A DNA stretch of 57,826 nucleotides, from the NCBI GenBank assembly GCA_045579105.1, contig JAZNLM010000046.1:1-57826 (forward strand). Reading direction: 5' to 3'. Origin of the DNA: Candidatus Flemingiibacterium sp. GTDB taxonomy: Bacteria; Bacillota; Clostridia; Oscillospirales; CAG-272. Shown one piece after another: positions 28,668 to 37,577 of this stretch. The translations under genes and the position numbers were made by a program. How positions within the stretch are numbered: position 1 is the stretch's first letter; each line of letters opens with the position of its first letter. The notes under the pieces are model-generated. The model was not told the DNA's origin. It saw nothing but the letters and a program-made list of their open reading frames with translations, and made no database searches.

Positions 28668-29083
28668 CAGAGTGACTTGAATGACTGCGATTTGGGAGCT
28701 ATAAGATCATTACGGAGTTTTTCTGCAAAAAGGGCAATAAACTTGCGTGCAGGAACCGATTTGGAATTGCATCCGAAATGGCTGAAGCGCTTGTCAAGCA
28801 TAGAGAGGCTCCCGGACATGAGTATGAATTTAAGTTCCGTTCTGATATCCCGCTCAACACATGAAGGAGTAGTATCAGCCTCCTCCGCAATTCTCGCGTA
28901 TAAACCACTTACAACGTTATGTATTGCGTCGGGTTCGTCATACACCATTTCAATGGCGCGGCAAAGATACCCAAATCCCTTTAAATGGGTTGCCGCACCC
29001 ATATCAAGCAGCATTACTCTTATTATTTTAGATTTGTCCGTTGAATTTTGAAAATGCGGTTCGGTCCTGATGTCGTGTATCAT
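28667..29083 (-). CDS. second, more divergent stand-alone Spo0A C-terminal-domain protein
   Basis: 138 aa. THLKGFGYLCRAIEMVYDEPDAIHNVVSGLYARIAEEADTTPSCVERDIRTEL follows the same Spo0A_C pattern (KGY-YL--AI ... TT-S-VER-IR). Its TGA stop shares one nucleotide with the downstream ATG (TGATG), which implies translational coupling. Confidence 0.65.
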   Translation of the reverse strand: MIHDIRTEPHFQNSTDKSKIIRVMLLDMGAATHLKGFGYLCRAIEMVYDEPDAIHNVVSGLYARIAEEADTTPSCVERDIRTELKFILMSGSLSMLDKRFSHFGCNSKSVPARKFIALFAEKLRNDLIAPKSQSFKSL

Positions 29084-29142
29084 ATCGCTTGGGTTTTCCT
29101 TTTCATTATGTTTTGTAATTCGGAGTTGACTATACCTAATAT

Positions 29143-29171
29143 ATTATAGCATATACGCGTTGACTTTTCAA
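29143..29171 (-). promoter_or_regulatory. candidate sigma-A promoter (extended -10) for the Spo0A_C-like pair
   Basis: On the minus strand: TTGAAA (29166..29171), 17-nt spacer ending in TGC, TATAAT (29143..29148). Confidence 0.5.
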
Positions 29172-29225
29172 TGTGAAAGACAACCGAATATTGCGGTGGC
29201 GATTTGTTTCACAATTCTACGTTTT

Positions 29226-29251
29226 TGTCTAAAAATGTCGAAAATGTCGAA
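29226..29251 (+). promoter_or_regulatory. cluster of three 0A-box-like heptamers (two perfect TGTCGAA)
   Basis: TGTCTAA (29226..29232), TGTCGAA (29236..29242), TGTCGAA (29245..29251). The perfect boxes are 9 bp apart start to start. The last one ends 14 nt upstream of the cysK -35 element. The cluster lies about 55-85 nt upstream of the divergent promoter. Confidence 0.55.
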
Positions 29252-29265
29252 AAACGTCCGTACAC

Positions 29266-29294
29266 TTGACAAGTTTAAAGCTCAGTGATAAAAT
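29266..29294 (+). promoter_or_regulatory. candidate sigma-A promoter for cysK
   Basis: TTGACA (29266..29271), 17-nt spacer, TAAAAT (29289..29294). Confidence 0.5.
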
Positions 29295-29327
29295 AATATT
29301 ATTATGAACTGAAAGAAGGATTTTGGG

Positions 29328-30257
29328 ATGAATGTAAAAAATTCCGTTTGCGAGCTTATCGGAAAAACACCTATTCTTCGTGTGTCACGCTTTGCGGCAG
29401 AGCGTAAAATCGGTGCAACAATTCTCGCAAAGCTTGAATATTTCAATCCCGCGGGAAGTGTTAAGGACCGCGTTGGCGCAAAAATGATTGAAGACGCTGA
29501 AAAAAACGGCAAACTTAAACCGGGGGCTACGATTATCGAGCCGACAAGCGGCAACACTGGTATAGGACTTGCTGCGGTGGGCGCTTCAAAGGGATACAAG
29601 ATCATTTTAACTATGCCCGATACGATGAGTAGTGAGCGTATCGCACTTCTGCGCGCGTACGGCGCAGAGCTTGTTCTGACAGATGGAACGAAAGGTATGA
29701 CGGGTGCTATCGAAAAGGCGCAGGAAATCGCCTCAAAAACGCCCGGTAGCATCATCGCAGGTCAATTTGAAAATCCCTCAAATCCCCAAGCGCACTATGA
29801 AACGACCGGTCCCGAAATATGGGAAGACACCGACGGAACCGTTGATATCTTCGTGGCAGGTGTCGGCACGGGCGGAACTCTTACGGGTACGGCCAGATAT
29901 CTCAAAGAGAAAAATCCAAATATAAAAATAGTTGCTGTTGAGCCGTCATCCTCGCCGCTTCTCTCCAAGGGAGAACCAGGTGCGCACGGGCTTATGGGTA
30001 TCGGCGCGAACTTTGTTCCCGAGATACTCGACACGTCGCTTATTGACGAAATAATCACTGTTACAGAGGGTGAAGCCTATGCGGCAGGGCGAGCACTTGT
30101 CAAAACCGAAGGGATTTTAGTCGGCATAACATCCGGTGCGGCACTTCACGCATCAGCGCTTGTGGCAAGGCGCGAGGAGAACAACGGAAAGGTCATCGTG
30201 GCACTTCTTCCCGACACGGGCGAGCGCTATCTGTCCACGCCTATGTACAGCGAATAA
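29328..30257 (+). CDS. cysK: cysteine synthase A (O-acetylserine sulfhydrylase)
   Basis: LIGKTPILRV, KLEYFNPAGSVKDR (PLP lysine), EPTSGNTGIGLA and GVGTGGTLTG. Confidence 0.92.
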   Translation: MNVKNSVCELIGKTPILRVSRFAAERKIGATILAKLEYFNPAGSVKDRVGAKMIEDAEKNGKLKPGATIIEPTSGNTGIGLAAVGASKGYKIILTMPDTMSSERIALLRAYGAELVLTDGTKGMTGAIEKAQEIASKTPGSIIAGQFENPSNPQAHYETTGPEIWEDTDGTVDIFVAGVGTGGTLTGTARYLKEKNPNIKIVAVEPSSSPLLSKGEPGAHGLMGIGANFVPEILDTSLIDEIITVTEGEAYAAGRALVKTEGILVGITSGAALHASALVARREENNGKVIVALLPDTGERYLSTPMYSE

Positions 30258-30399
30258 AATTCCAAGAATTCCCGTCCTAAAAAAGGGCGGGATTTTGTTA
30301 TATTTTGTCTATTTTCACTATTGACAAAATGACGTTTTAGTACTAATATAATATAGGTCTCTCAAATGGGTGGCTAATATATTTTTTGGAAGTGCAGTT

Positions 30400-31713
30400 A
30401 TGACATTGCTTTTATCAATTTCGTTTGCAATGCTCGTCGGATTGATGCTTTCCCGACTCGCAAAGCTTGTTTCGTTGCCGGCAGTTACCGCTTATCTTGT
30501 GGCGGGAATTATCGTCGGTCCGTTCTGTATCGGTGCGCTCGGGGTTGATGGTCTCGGCTTCAATTCGGCTGAAAGCATCGAGCATTTGTCCGTTATCTCC
30601 ACAGCGGCGCTCGGCTTTATCGCTTTCTCTATCGGTAACGAGTTCCGTCTGTCACAGCTTAAGCAGACTGGTAAAGCGGCTACGTTTATCGGTATATTCC
30701 AGGCACTTGCCGCTGCTCTTATCGTAGACGTTGTACTTCTGGTACTCTCCGTTACCGGTGTTCTGCCGATTTCGAAGCCTGCCGCTATTGTTCTCGGTGC
30801 TATCGCAACTGCGACTGCTCCTGCGGCAACGCTTATGGTTGTACGTCAGTATAAGGCTAAGGGTGAGCTTACCGATCTGCTCTTGCCGATTGTTGCTATC
30901 GACGATGCTGTCGGACTTATCGTTTTTGCAGTATCGCTCAGCATCGCACGCGTACTTGACAATCCTGAAGCAACGATGGATATCGTTTCCATTATCGTAA
31001 ATCCCCTTATTGAGATCGTTGCATCTCTTGCTTTCGGCGCACTTATGGGCGTGGTGCTTACTCTTATCGAGCGTTTCTTCCATTCACGCTCCAAGCGTAT
31101 GTCTATGGCGATTGCGTTCGTGTTCCTCACGGTTGCGCTCTCCATGCTAAAGTTCCATATCGGTCCCGTTGAGATCGGATTCTCGTCCTTGCTCGTCTGC
31201 ATGATGCTCGGTACAATGTTCTGCAATCTCTGTGACTATTCCGAAGAGCTTATGGAGAGGGTTGACGGTTGGACTACTCCTTTGTTCATTCTCTTCTTCG
31301 TACTTTCAGGTGCGGAGCTTGACATCTCTGTGTTCGGTAACGCTTCTGTTGTAATTATCGGTGTTACGTTCCTTCTCGCGCGTGCACTCGGTAAATGGGG
31401 CGGTGCAGGACTTAGTGCAAAGTGGATGAAGTGCTCCCCCAAGGTTTGTAAGTATCTCGGTATCACTCTTCTTCCTCAGGCGGGCGTTGCACTCGGTATG
31501 TCGCTTCAGGTGAGTGACCTTGCCGACGGTTACCTGATTCGCAACATCGTTCTGTTCTCGGTACTTATTCTTGAGCTTGTAGGTCCGCTCTTCACAAAGA
31601 TCGCACTTACCAGGGCAGGAGATATTATTCCCGAAAACAAAACCTCAGCGCGCGGTGTAATTCCGAGCAAGCACAACGGTCCTCATCCTAAGCAGGAAAA
31701 GGTGAAGAAATAA
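30400..31713 (+). CDS. cation:proton antiporter (CPA2/Kef-type Na+/H+ exchanger family)
   Basis: About 12 TM helices. N-terminus LPAVTAYLVAGIIVGPF is typical of the sodium/hydrogen exchanger family. The start could be the ATG at 30400 (GGAAG upstream) or the GTG at 30370. Confidence 0.8.
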   Translation: MTLLLSISFAMLVGLMLSRLAKLVSLPAVTAYLVAGIIVGPFCIGALGVDGLGFNSAESIEHLSVISTAALGFIAFSIGNEFRLSQLKQTGKAATFIGIFQALAAALIVDVVLLVLSVTGVLPISKPAAIVLGAIATATAPAATLMVVRQYKAKGELTDLLLPIVAIDDAVGLIVFAVSLSIARVLDNPEATMDIVSIIVNPLIEIVASLAFGALMGVVLTLIERFFHSRSKRMSMAIAFVFLTVALSMLKFHIGPVEIGFSSLLVCMMLGTMFCNLCDYSEELMERVDGWTTPLFILFFVLSGAELDISVFGNASVVIIGVTFLLARALGKWGGAGLSAKWMKCSPKVCKYLGITLLPQAGVALGMSLQVSDLADGYLIRNIVLFSVLILELVGPLFTKIALTRAGDIIPENKTSARGVIPSKHNGPHPKQEKVKK

Positions 31714-31718
31714 AAAGT

Positions 31719-31752
31719 ATCACCCACGGCTTCAGCCGCGGGTGATTTTTTA
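31719..31752. terminator. bidirectional terminator between the antiporter and the convergent LTA-synthase-family gene
   Basis: Stem ATCACCCACGGC/GCCGCGGGTGAT (one mismatch) with loop TTCA, flanked by an A-run and a T-run. Confidence 0.7.
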
Positions 31753-33738
31753 TTTGATTATGTTTGATGCGGCAAGCTCGGTGCCGTCATCGGCAAGCTG
31801 AAGTACCTCAATGCTTTTTATGTCTTTTACGTTTTCGATAGCCAGTGTGTTTTCGTCAATGTAAGTTGTGCCGCGTTTTATACCGTTCACCTTGACTTTA
31901 CTGTAGGTGTTGAAGCCGGAGCCGTATATATACAGTGTTTGACCGTACACATAGTAGGAGTCAAGCACCACGGGACGAGTCCCGATCTTCATATCGGAAG
32001 GCTCGTATTTAGCCTCGTCTTCATAAAGCTGCTCGTAGGTGATCGTTTCGAGGATGTCATTATAGTTTCCACCCGTTTCAAATTCATGCTGATGAAGTTT
32101 TGTTATATCTCCCACCGACATACCGCAAAGCTGTTGGATATACGCCGCGAGCTGATATGCGGTAAGGTTTTTATCAAGCTCGTTTATATCGGAAATCTCA
32201 GCAGTTCCGGAAAGCTCTATGCTTGATTTTATAACGTATTCGGTTTGATAAACGTTTCCGTTTTCGAGTTGTTCATCAGTTATGGGCAGGGCAGGAAGGT
32301 GATCCCCGTAAAAGACCAGCACGTATGGTTCACCGCGCGATTCCATAAGCTCACATATGTCTTTTACTGTTTGGTCCATTTGTTCGATGAGCTTTAAGTA
32401 GAAGCGGTATTGATAATAGGTTTCCTCATCCTCAATACCTTTTACATCTATATCATCATCGGTGTAGTAACCCTCAAGGTTGTAGTTCGGATATCCACCA
32501 TGTCCCTCTACGCTGATTGCAAAAACCAAATCCTGGGCTTCTGTAGAGTCAAGTGCTGATTCTATCTCACTGACAAGTACATCGTCGGTACAGAAGGTAA
32601 GTATGTTGCGCTCAATGTTTGTCATCATTTCAAGTGGGGTGAACGTGTCAAAGCCGAGTGAGGCATAAACCGTGTTGCGGTTATAAAACGTTGCAATATG
32701 ATTGTGGAGAGCGTGTGCGCTGTAGCCAAGCTCTTTGAGGTTAGTAGCCAGACTCTCACATGCCCGGCTTTTTAAAATCGTTGTATGAGGAAATTCGCCC
32801 GGGCCGAAGTGCTTTAGGTTCATACCCGTCAGAAATTCAAATTCTATATTCGATGTACCGCCGCCCTTCTGCGTTACGTCCATAAAGCCGGAAATACAGT
32901 TCTCTTTGAGTGCGGTGAAATTCGGAATTGGGTCCTTTGAAAACTCTACGTCTTGTACGTATTTTACATCAAAGAAGGATTCAAGTTGTACGATTACTAT
33001 ATTGGGCGCATCGGTTGGTACTGCACCGACAGTTGTGCCGAGCTTATCCATAAACTCATCCTTTTTGTTTATGGCATCGTCATCAGGGCGATCAACGCCG
33101 TGTACTATGGCACTGCGCGAGAAGCAATATACAAAGCCGTTGTCAAAATATGCATCAATAAGCATAGCAGGCATAGACAAGAAATGAGAGGATAAAAGCA
33201 CTGCCAATGCGGTCACAGCTGTGATAGAACCAAAGCCGATGAACGAGCGTTTGTAATCCATTTTTTCGCGTTGCGGACCTTTTATAAAGAGCAGTAATAT
33301 AAGAGTAACGGCAAGCACAAGCAGCACGCCGATAAGCACTAGGTGGAATACTGTGAAGTATGCGCCTGCGATGCTGAAAGCTTCTTTTATTATCAGAAAA
33401 TCTATGGCTGACAGCGGTGTGCCTCGCTTGAGCATTACGAAAAGGTTTATAACCCCGAGGAGTATCCAGAGAAATGATACAAAAAATGCTGTTGCAAATC
33501 GACGTTTAAAGAGCAGACTCAGAGAGATGGTTAAGAATATCACAAGTACGTTCGTCAAAAAGGCGAGTGGATGCGATGTAATATGGTCAGTCAGTGAAAA
33601 AATCGAGAAACGCAGTGCAATTTCAAGGAAAATATTTATTATAAGCGAAAGTCCTGCGAGTATTGCCAAAGCCGCACGCAGAGGCGCGTTTGTAAATTGG
33701 CGGGCAGGCTCGCCAAGTGTATGTAAAAAATTACCCAT
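31750..33738 (-). CDS. LTA synthase family protein (membrane-anchored sulfatase/alkaline phosphatase superfamily) with a C-terminal extension
   Basis: Five N-terminal TM helices, then NIVIVQLESFFD and the sulfatase-type core (FYGDHLP). About 120 extra C-terminal residues with a beta-rich pattern. Confidence 0.8.
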   Translation of the reverse strand: MGNFLHTLGEPARQFTNAPLRAALAILAGLSLIINIFLEIALRFSIFSLTDHITSHPLAFLTNVLVIFLTISLSLLFKRRFATAFFVSFLWILLGVINLFVMLKRGTPLSAIDFLIIKEAFSIAGAYFTVFHLVLIGVLLVLAVTLILLLFIKGPQREKMDYKRSFIGFGSITAVTALAVLLSSHFLSMPAMLIDAYFDNGFVYCFSRSAIVHGVDRPDDDAINKKDEFMDKLGTTVGAVPTDAPNIVIVQLESFFDVKYVQDVEFSKDPIPNFTALKENCISGFMDVTQKGGGTSNIEFEFLTGMNLKHFGPGEFPHTTILKSRACESLATNLKELGYSAHALHNHIATFYNRNTVYASLGFDTFTPLEMMTNIERNILTFCTDDVLVSEIESALDSTEAQDLVFAISVEGHGGYPNYNLEGYYTDDDIDVKGIEDEETYYQYRFYLKLIEQMDQTVKDICELMESRGEPYVLVFYGDHLPALPITDEQLENGNVYQTEYVIKSSIELSGTAEISDINELDKNLTAYQLAAYIQQLCGMSVGDITKLHQHEFETGGNYNDILETITYEQLYEDEAKYEPSDMKIGTRPVVLDSYYVYGQTLYIYGSGFNTYSKVKVNGIKRGTTYIDENTLAIENVKDIKSIEVLQLADDGTELAASNIIK

Positions 33739-33815
33739 TTACAGCCTTCTTTCGTCAAAATACAAGTAATTTAACATATTTATTTTATCATAATACTGTG
33801 AACAAAAATATGATA

Positions 33816-34772
33816 TTATTTAAATTCGTCAATAAACCAGATTTTTTTCTTGTCCGCAGAGAAAGATTTTCCGTCAAGATAATCGAGTGCTGTGCCCTTC
33901 GTTTTAAAGTGAAACTCAAGTCGGTAAGCGTAAAGTGCTTGGAATTTATATCCTAGCTTTTTGTCATCACGGTTCACGCCGTACTTGCCGTCACCGAGAA
34001 GCGGGTGGCCGATTGACGAGAAGTGCGCGCGTATCTGGTGCGTACGTCCCGTCACAAGCTCGACTTCAACAAGCGACAAGTCGCGTCGCGCATCAAGTAC
34101 ACGGTATTTGGTTATTATCTGTTTATATCCCGCACGGGGTGTGGCTATTATATCTACGATATTGTTGGACGCGTTTTTTTTGAGGTACCCTGTAAGTGTG
34201 TCGGAGCTTTTCTGAAGACGTCCGTGTACTGCGGCAAGGTAGAATTTTGAAAGCTCATTGTTTTTGATTTTTTCGTTCATCACACGGAGCGCCTCGGCGT
34301 TTTTTGCCGCGATGACAATACCGCCCGTATTGCGGTCAATTCGGTTGCAAAGCGCAGGAGCGAAGGACTGCTCGTCCTCGGGCTTGTACTCCCCCTTGCG
34401 GTAAAGATATGCCTTAACGTGGCTTATGAGCGTGTTAATGTCCTCTTTGTCGTCTGAGTGAACGATAAGTCCCGGGCGCTTGTCCAGAAGTATAATGTTT
34501 TCGTCCTCGTAAACAATATCGAGGCGGGGTGTGAGCCTCATAAACGCTTCTTCCACGGCGGTTTCGGAAAAAAATTCCTCGGCTAAAAACAGTTCGACCG
34601 TATCCCCTTCGTTTAGGATATAGCTTATCTCGGTACGTTTGCGGTTTACCTTTATCTTTTTCGTTCGTATGGACTTGTACATAAGCGATTTCGGGAGTGC
34701 TTTGACTGCTTTTGAAAGGAATTTGTCAAGACGCTGACCTGCATCATTCTGTTTTATATATAAAGTTCGCAT
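33816..34772 (-). CDS. RluA-family 23S rRNA/tRNA pseudouridine synthase
   Basis: N-terminal S4-like region (QRLDKFLSKA), catalytic CNRIDRNTGGIVIAAK, and GRTHQIRAH. Confidence 0.85.
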   Translation of the reverse strand: MRTLYIKQNDAGQRLDKFLSKAVKALPKSLMYKSIRTKKIKVNRKRTEISYILNEGDTVELFLAEEFFSETAVEEAFMRLTPRLDIVYEDENIILLDKRPGLIVHSDDKEDINTLISHVKAYLYRKGEYKPEDEQSFAPALCNRIDRNTGGIVIAAKNAEALRVMNEKIKNNELSKFYLAAVHGRLQKSSDTLTGYLKKNASNNIVDIIATPRAGYKQIITKYRVLDARRDLSLVEVELVTGRTHQIRAHFSSIGHPLLGDGKYGVNRDDKKLGYKFQALYAYRLEFHFKTKGTALDYLDGKSFSADKKKIWFIDEFK

Positions 34773-34780
34773 ATATGCTC

Positions 34781-35320
34781 CTATTTTGCAAAGTTATCAA
34801 GTTTAGCGGTGCCCACGAAAACTGGCGGCGTATCCGCGAGGTATTCGTGTGAGCAGACGGCGATGTGATAGCCGGCGATGTCAAAGTGAGAAAATTGTAT
34901 TTCTGTGTCAAAAACAGAAAAGCTCGAGAGTGGGCGGAAAAAACCTTCGCCTGTGTATTTTATATAGCTCTCTTTCGCGCACCAGATTTCATAAAATCTT
35001 TCACGCGGTGCGGCTTTTACGTATTCGCTCTCATAAGGCGTGAAGAAACGCTCTGCCAGGCGAGTAAGCTTGTCGGGGTGGGGGGTGATATACTCGATAT
35101 CTGCGCCTATTTCTGTGCCGGATACTGCCACGAGGCATAATTTATTAGAGTGTGAAATGCTGACATGTGCTGGCACGCCGTCGAAATAAGGTTTGCCGCG
35201 AGTATCCTTTTTTAGAGGGGCTGTGATAGTGTACGCATCATGAAGCGCGTATTTGGCGAGTGAAACGCCCACGGCGTGTTCATTCGATTTGTCGCACGTG
35301 GCGAGATACAGTTTTATCAT
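34781..35320 (-). CDS. 4'-phosphopantetheinyl transferase (Sfp type)
   Basis: ISHSNKLCLVAV, GADIEYI and WCAKESYIKYTGEG. The start is set at MIKLYL, preceded by AGGAG. The track's 18 extra codons run through the rnfB terminator hairpin. Confidence 0.8.
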   Translation of the reverse strand: MIKLYLATCDKSNEHAVGVSLAKYALHDAYTITAPLKKDTRGKPYFDGVPAHVSISHSNKLCLVAVSGTEIGADIEYITPHPDKLTRLAERFFTPYESEYVKAAPRERFYEIWCAKESYIKYTGEGFFRPLSSFSVFDTEIQFSHFDIAGYHIAVCSHEYLADTPPVFVGTAKLDNFAK

Positions 35321-35348
35321 ACGCACTCCTTTCATAAAACGCGACAAA

Positions 35349-35371
35349 CGAGGTGCGCCGGGCGCACCTCG
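35349..35371 (-). terminator. hairpin terminator after rnfB
   Basis: CGAGGTGCGCC-G-GGCGCACCTCG, a GC-rich near-perfect palindrome. On the minus strand it is followed by TTTGTCGCGTTTTA. Confidence 0.6.
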
Positions 35372-35378
35372 CAAATCG

Positions 35379-36230
35379 TTATCCCTTTTTGATATCTTCA
35401 GGCTGAATAGTGATGCTTACGCGTTGCTTTCTGTCCGACCAGATTATCTTTCTCGGACATTTTGACACACATTCGCCGCACATCGTGCATTTATCGTAGT
35501 CGATAGCCGCAACGAAGCCCTTTACGTGAATGGCATCGTAGTCGCACGCCTTCTCGCAAATCTTGCAGCTTATACAGCCAACGTCGCAGTAGCTCTTGGT
35601 TACTGCGCCTTTGTCGACAGACATACAGCCAACCCAGTGGGTAGCATCGTATGGGATTATGCGAATGATATGCTTAGGACAGGCTTCAACACACTGTCCG
35701 CAAGCCTGACACTTTTCGTAGTCGACAACTGCAACGCCGTCAACGATGTCAATAGCATCGAACTTGCACGCCGCCGCACACGAGCCAAGACCGATACAGC
35801 CGTTAGGACAGAGTTTGTCACCGCCGCCCATTTTCGATGCGGCAAAGCAGTCGTGCGCGCCTTTATAGGCGTATTTCTTTTTAGCATATTCAGCGGTTCC
35901 CGAGCACATTACCTGTGCACGCTTACGTACCGGTTTTTCGGCGGGAACACCCATTATTTCAGCGATTTTTTCGGCAATCACTTCGTCTCCTGCAACGCAA
36001 GCAGAGGTTTTTGCCTCACCCTTTACGATAGCTTCGGCGAGAGCATTACAGCCAGAGTAGCCGCAGCCACCGCAGTTAGCGCCGGGGAGAATTTCGGCGA
36101 TAGCTACTACGTTCTCGTTGGTCTTCACGAAAAACACCTTTGAGGCAACGGCAAGAAGTATGCCCATCACTCCACCCAACGCCAAAAACGCGAGTACGGC
36201 GTAGAGTATATTCTGAATATTTTCAGTCAT
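35379..36230 (-). CDS. rnfB: Rnf complex subunit B (polyferredoxin type)
   Basis: N-terminal TM segment, then CGGCGYSGCNALAEAIV, followed by four CxxCxxCxxxC(P) ferredoxin motifs. RBS GGAGGT. Confidence 0.9.
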   Translation of the reverse strand: MTENIQNILYAVLAFLALGGVMGILLAVASKVFFVKTNENVVAIAEILPGANCGGCGYSGCNALAEAIVKGEAKTSACVAGDEVIAEKIAEIMGVPAEKPVRKRAQVMCSGTAEYAKKKYAYKGAHDCFAASKMGGGDKLCPNGCIGLGSCAAACKFDAIDIVDGVAVVDYEKCQACGQCVEACPKHIIRIIPYDATHWVGCMSVDKGAVTKSYCDVGCISCKICEKACDYDAIHVKGFVAAIDYDKCTMCGECVSKCPRKIIWSDRKQRVSITIQPEDIKKG

Positions 36231-36245
36231 TGTTACCTCCTGTGT

Positions 36246-36833
36246 TTAGAACGACATTCCCGAGAAACCGGAAAATGCCATGGCGATAAGTCCTGCGGCA
36301 ATAAGTGCTATCGGAGTTCCACGGAACGACATAGGCGGCTTAGCGAAAGAAATACGCATACGAACGCCTGCGAATATTACAATAGCGAGCGTGAAGCCCA
36401 GCGCAGAGGAAAAGCCGTATGCAAGCGACTGCACAAAATCGTAGCCGTTCTGAATGTTGAGAAGCGCGGAACCGAGCACTGCACAGTTTGTGGTGATAAG
36501 CGGCAGATAAATGCCGAGTGCACCGTAAAGCGCAGGAATGAACTTGCGAAGGAACATCTCGATTATCTGTACCAGCGATGCGATTATAAGAATAAACGCG
36601 ATGGTTTCGAGATATTCAAGCTTCAGCGGAACCAGTATGAGATTGTAAACAAGCCATGTTGCGGCGCTCGAAAGCGTCATAACGAACATCACCGCAAAAC
36701 CCATACCGAGTGCGGTGTCGGGCTTCTCAGATACACCAAGGAACGGGCATATACCCAGGAACTTCGCAAAAATATAGTTTTCAACGAGTACAGCTCCGAG
36801 CATAAGGAGCAATATATCCACTAAGTAATCCAT
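36246..36833 (-). CDS. rnfA: Rnf complex subunit A
   Basis: [18 protein letters not shown] and the NqrE/RnfA-type 6-TM layout. Confidence 0.93.
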   Translation of the reverse strand: MDYLVDILLLMLGAVLVENYIFAKFLGICPFLGVSEKPDTALGMGFAVMFVMTLSSAATWLVYNLILVPLKLEYLETIAFILIIASLVQIIEMFLRKFIPALYGALGIYLPLITTNCAVLGSALLNIQNGYDFVQSLAYGFSSALGFTLAIVIFAGVRMRISFAKPPMSFRGTPIALIAAGLIAMAFSGFSGMSF

Positions 36834-36836
36834 ATT

Positions 36837-37577
36837 TTACTCCTCCTTCGCAGTCTGTACGGCGAATTTTACGTCGTCGGGTTCATCAGCATATTTTTTC
36901 TTGATTTCTTCGAGTTCTTCAATGGCTTGTGCTTTTGCGAACTCTGCCTTCTTTCGCTCGCTGTTCTTGCGAATTGCGGACATTATCTTATTCATTAGTG
37001 CTATAAGCATACCGAGAGTTAAGAACGCACCCGTAGGGAATACAAATATGGTTGCAGGCTCGTATGCCTCGGGCAGAATACGTATTCCTGCAAACGTACC
37101 TGCACCTATAATTTCACGTACAGTCGAAAGTGCTATGAGGGCGAATGTGAAGCCAAGTCCCATAGAAAGACCATCGACGGCAGAGGGAAGCACTTTATTC
37201 TTGGACGCAAAAGATTCTGCGCGTGCAAGAATGATGCAGTTTACGACGATAAGCGGAATAAAAAGTCCGAGAGCCTTGTCAAGAGAGGGCAGAAATGCTT
37301 TGATAAGAAGCTGTACCGCTGTAACAAAGCCGGAGATGATGACTATATAAGATGCTATACGCATCTCCTTGGGTATAAATTTACGAAGAAGCGATATGAA
37401 CACGTTTGAGCAAATAAGCACTGCCGTTGTCGCAAGTCCCATACCGATAGCGTTCGTTACCGAAGTTGTTACAGCAAGGGTAGCACACATGCCGAGAAGC
37501 TGCATGAAGACGGGATTCTTGAAGAAAAGACCGTCGAGCAGTTGATTTTTCACGTCTTTTAATGTGTATTTACTCAT
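36837..37577 (-). CDS. rnfE: Rnf complex subunit E, with a charged C-terminal tail of about 45 aa
   Basis: FFKNPVFMQLLGMCATLAVTTSVTNAIGMGLATT...GLFIPLIVVNCIILARAE, the NqrD/RnfE signature. Confidence 0.93.
   Translation of the reverse strand: MSKYTLKDVKNQLLDGLFFKNPVFMQLLGMCATLAVTTSVTNAIGMGLATTAVLICSNVFISLLRKFIPKEMRIASYIVIISGFVTAVQLLIKAFLPSLDKALGLFIPLIVVNCIILARAESFASKNKVLPSAVDGLSMGLGFTFALIALSTVREIIGAGTFAGIRILPEAYEPATIFVFPTGAFLTLGMLIALMNKIMSAIRKNSERKKAEFAKAQAIEELEEIKKKYADEPDDVKFAVQTAKEE

Noticed and set aside
29084-29327. S-box/T-box or other riboswitch upstream of cysK (also checked upstream of dapL and thrC)
   Set aside because: The predicted leaders are only about 30-60 nt, too short for any of these elements, and no conserved riboswitch core sequences were seen.
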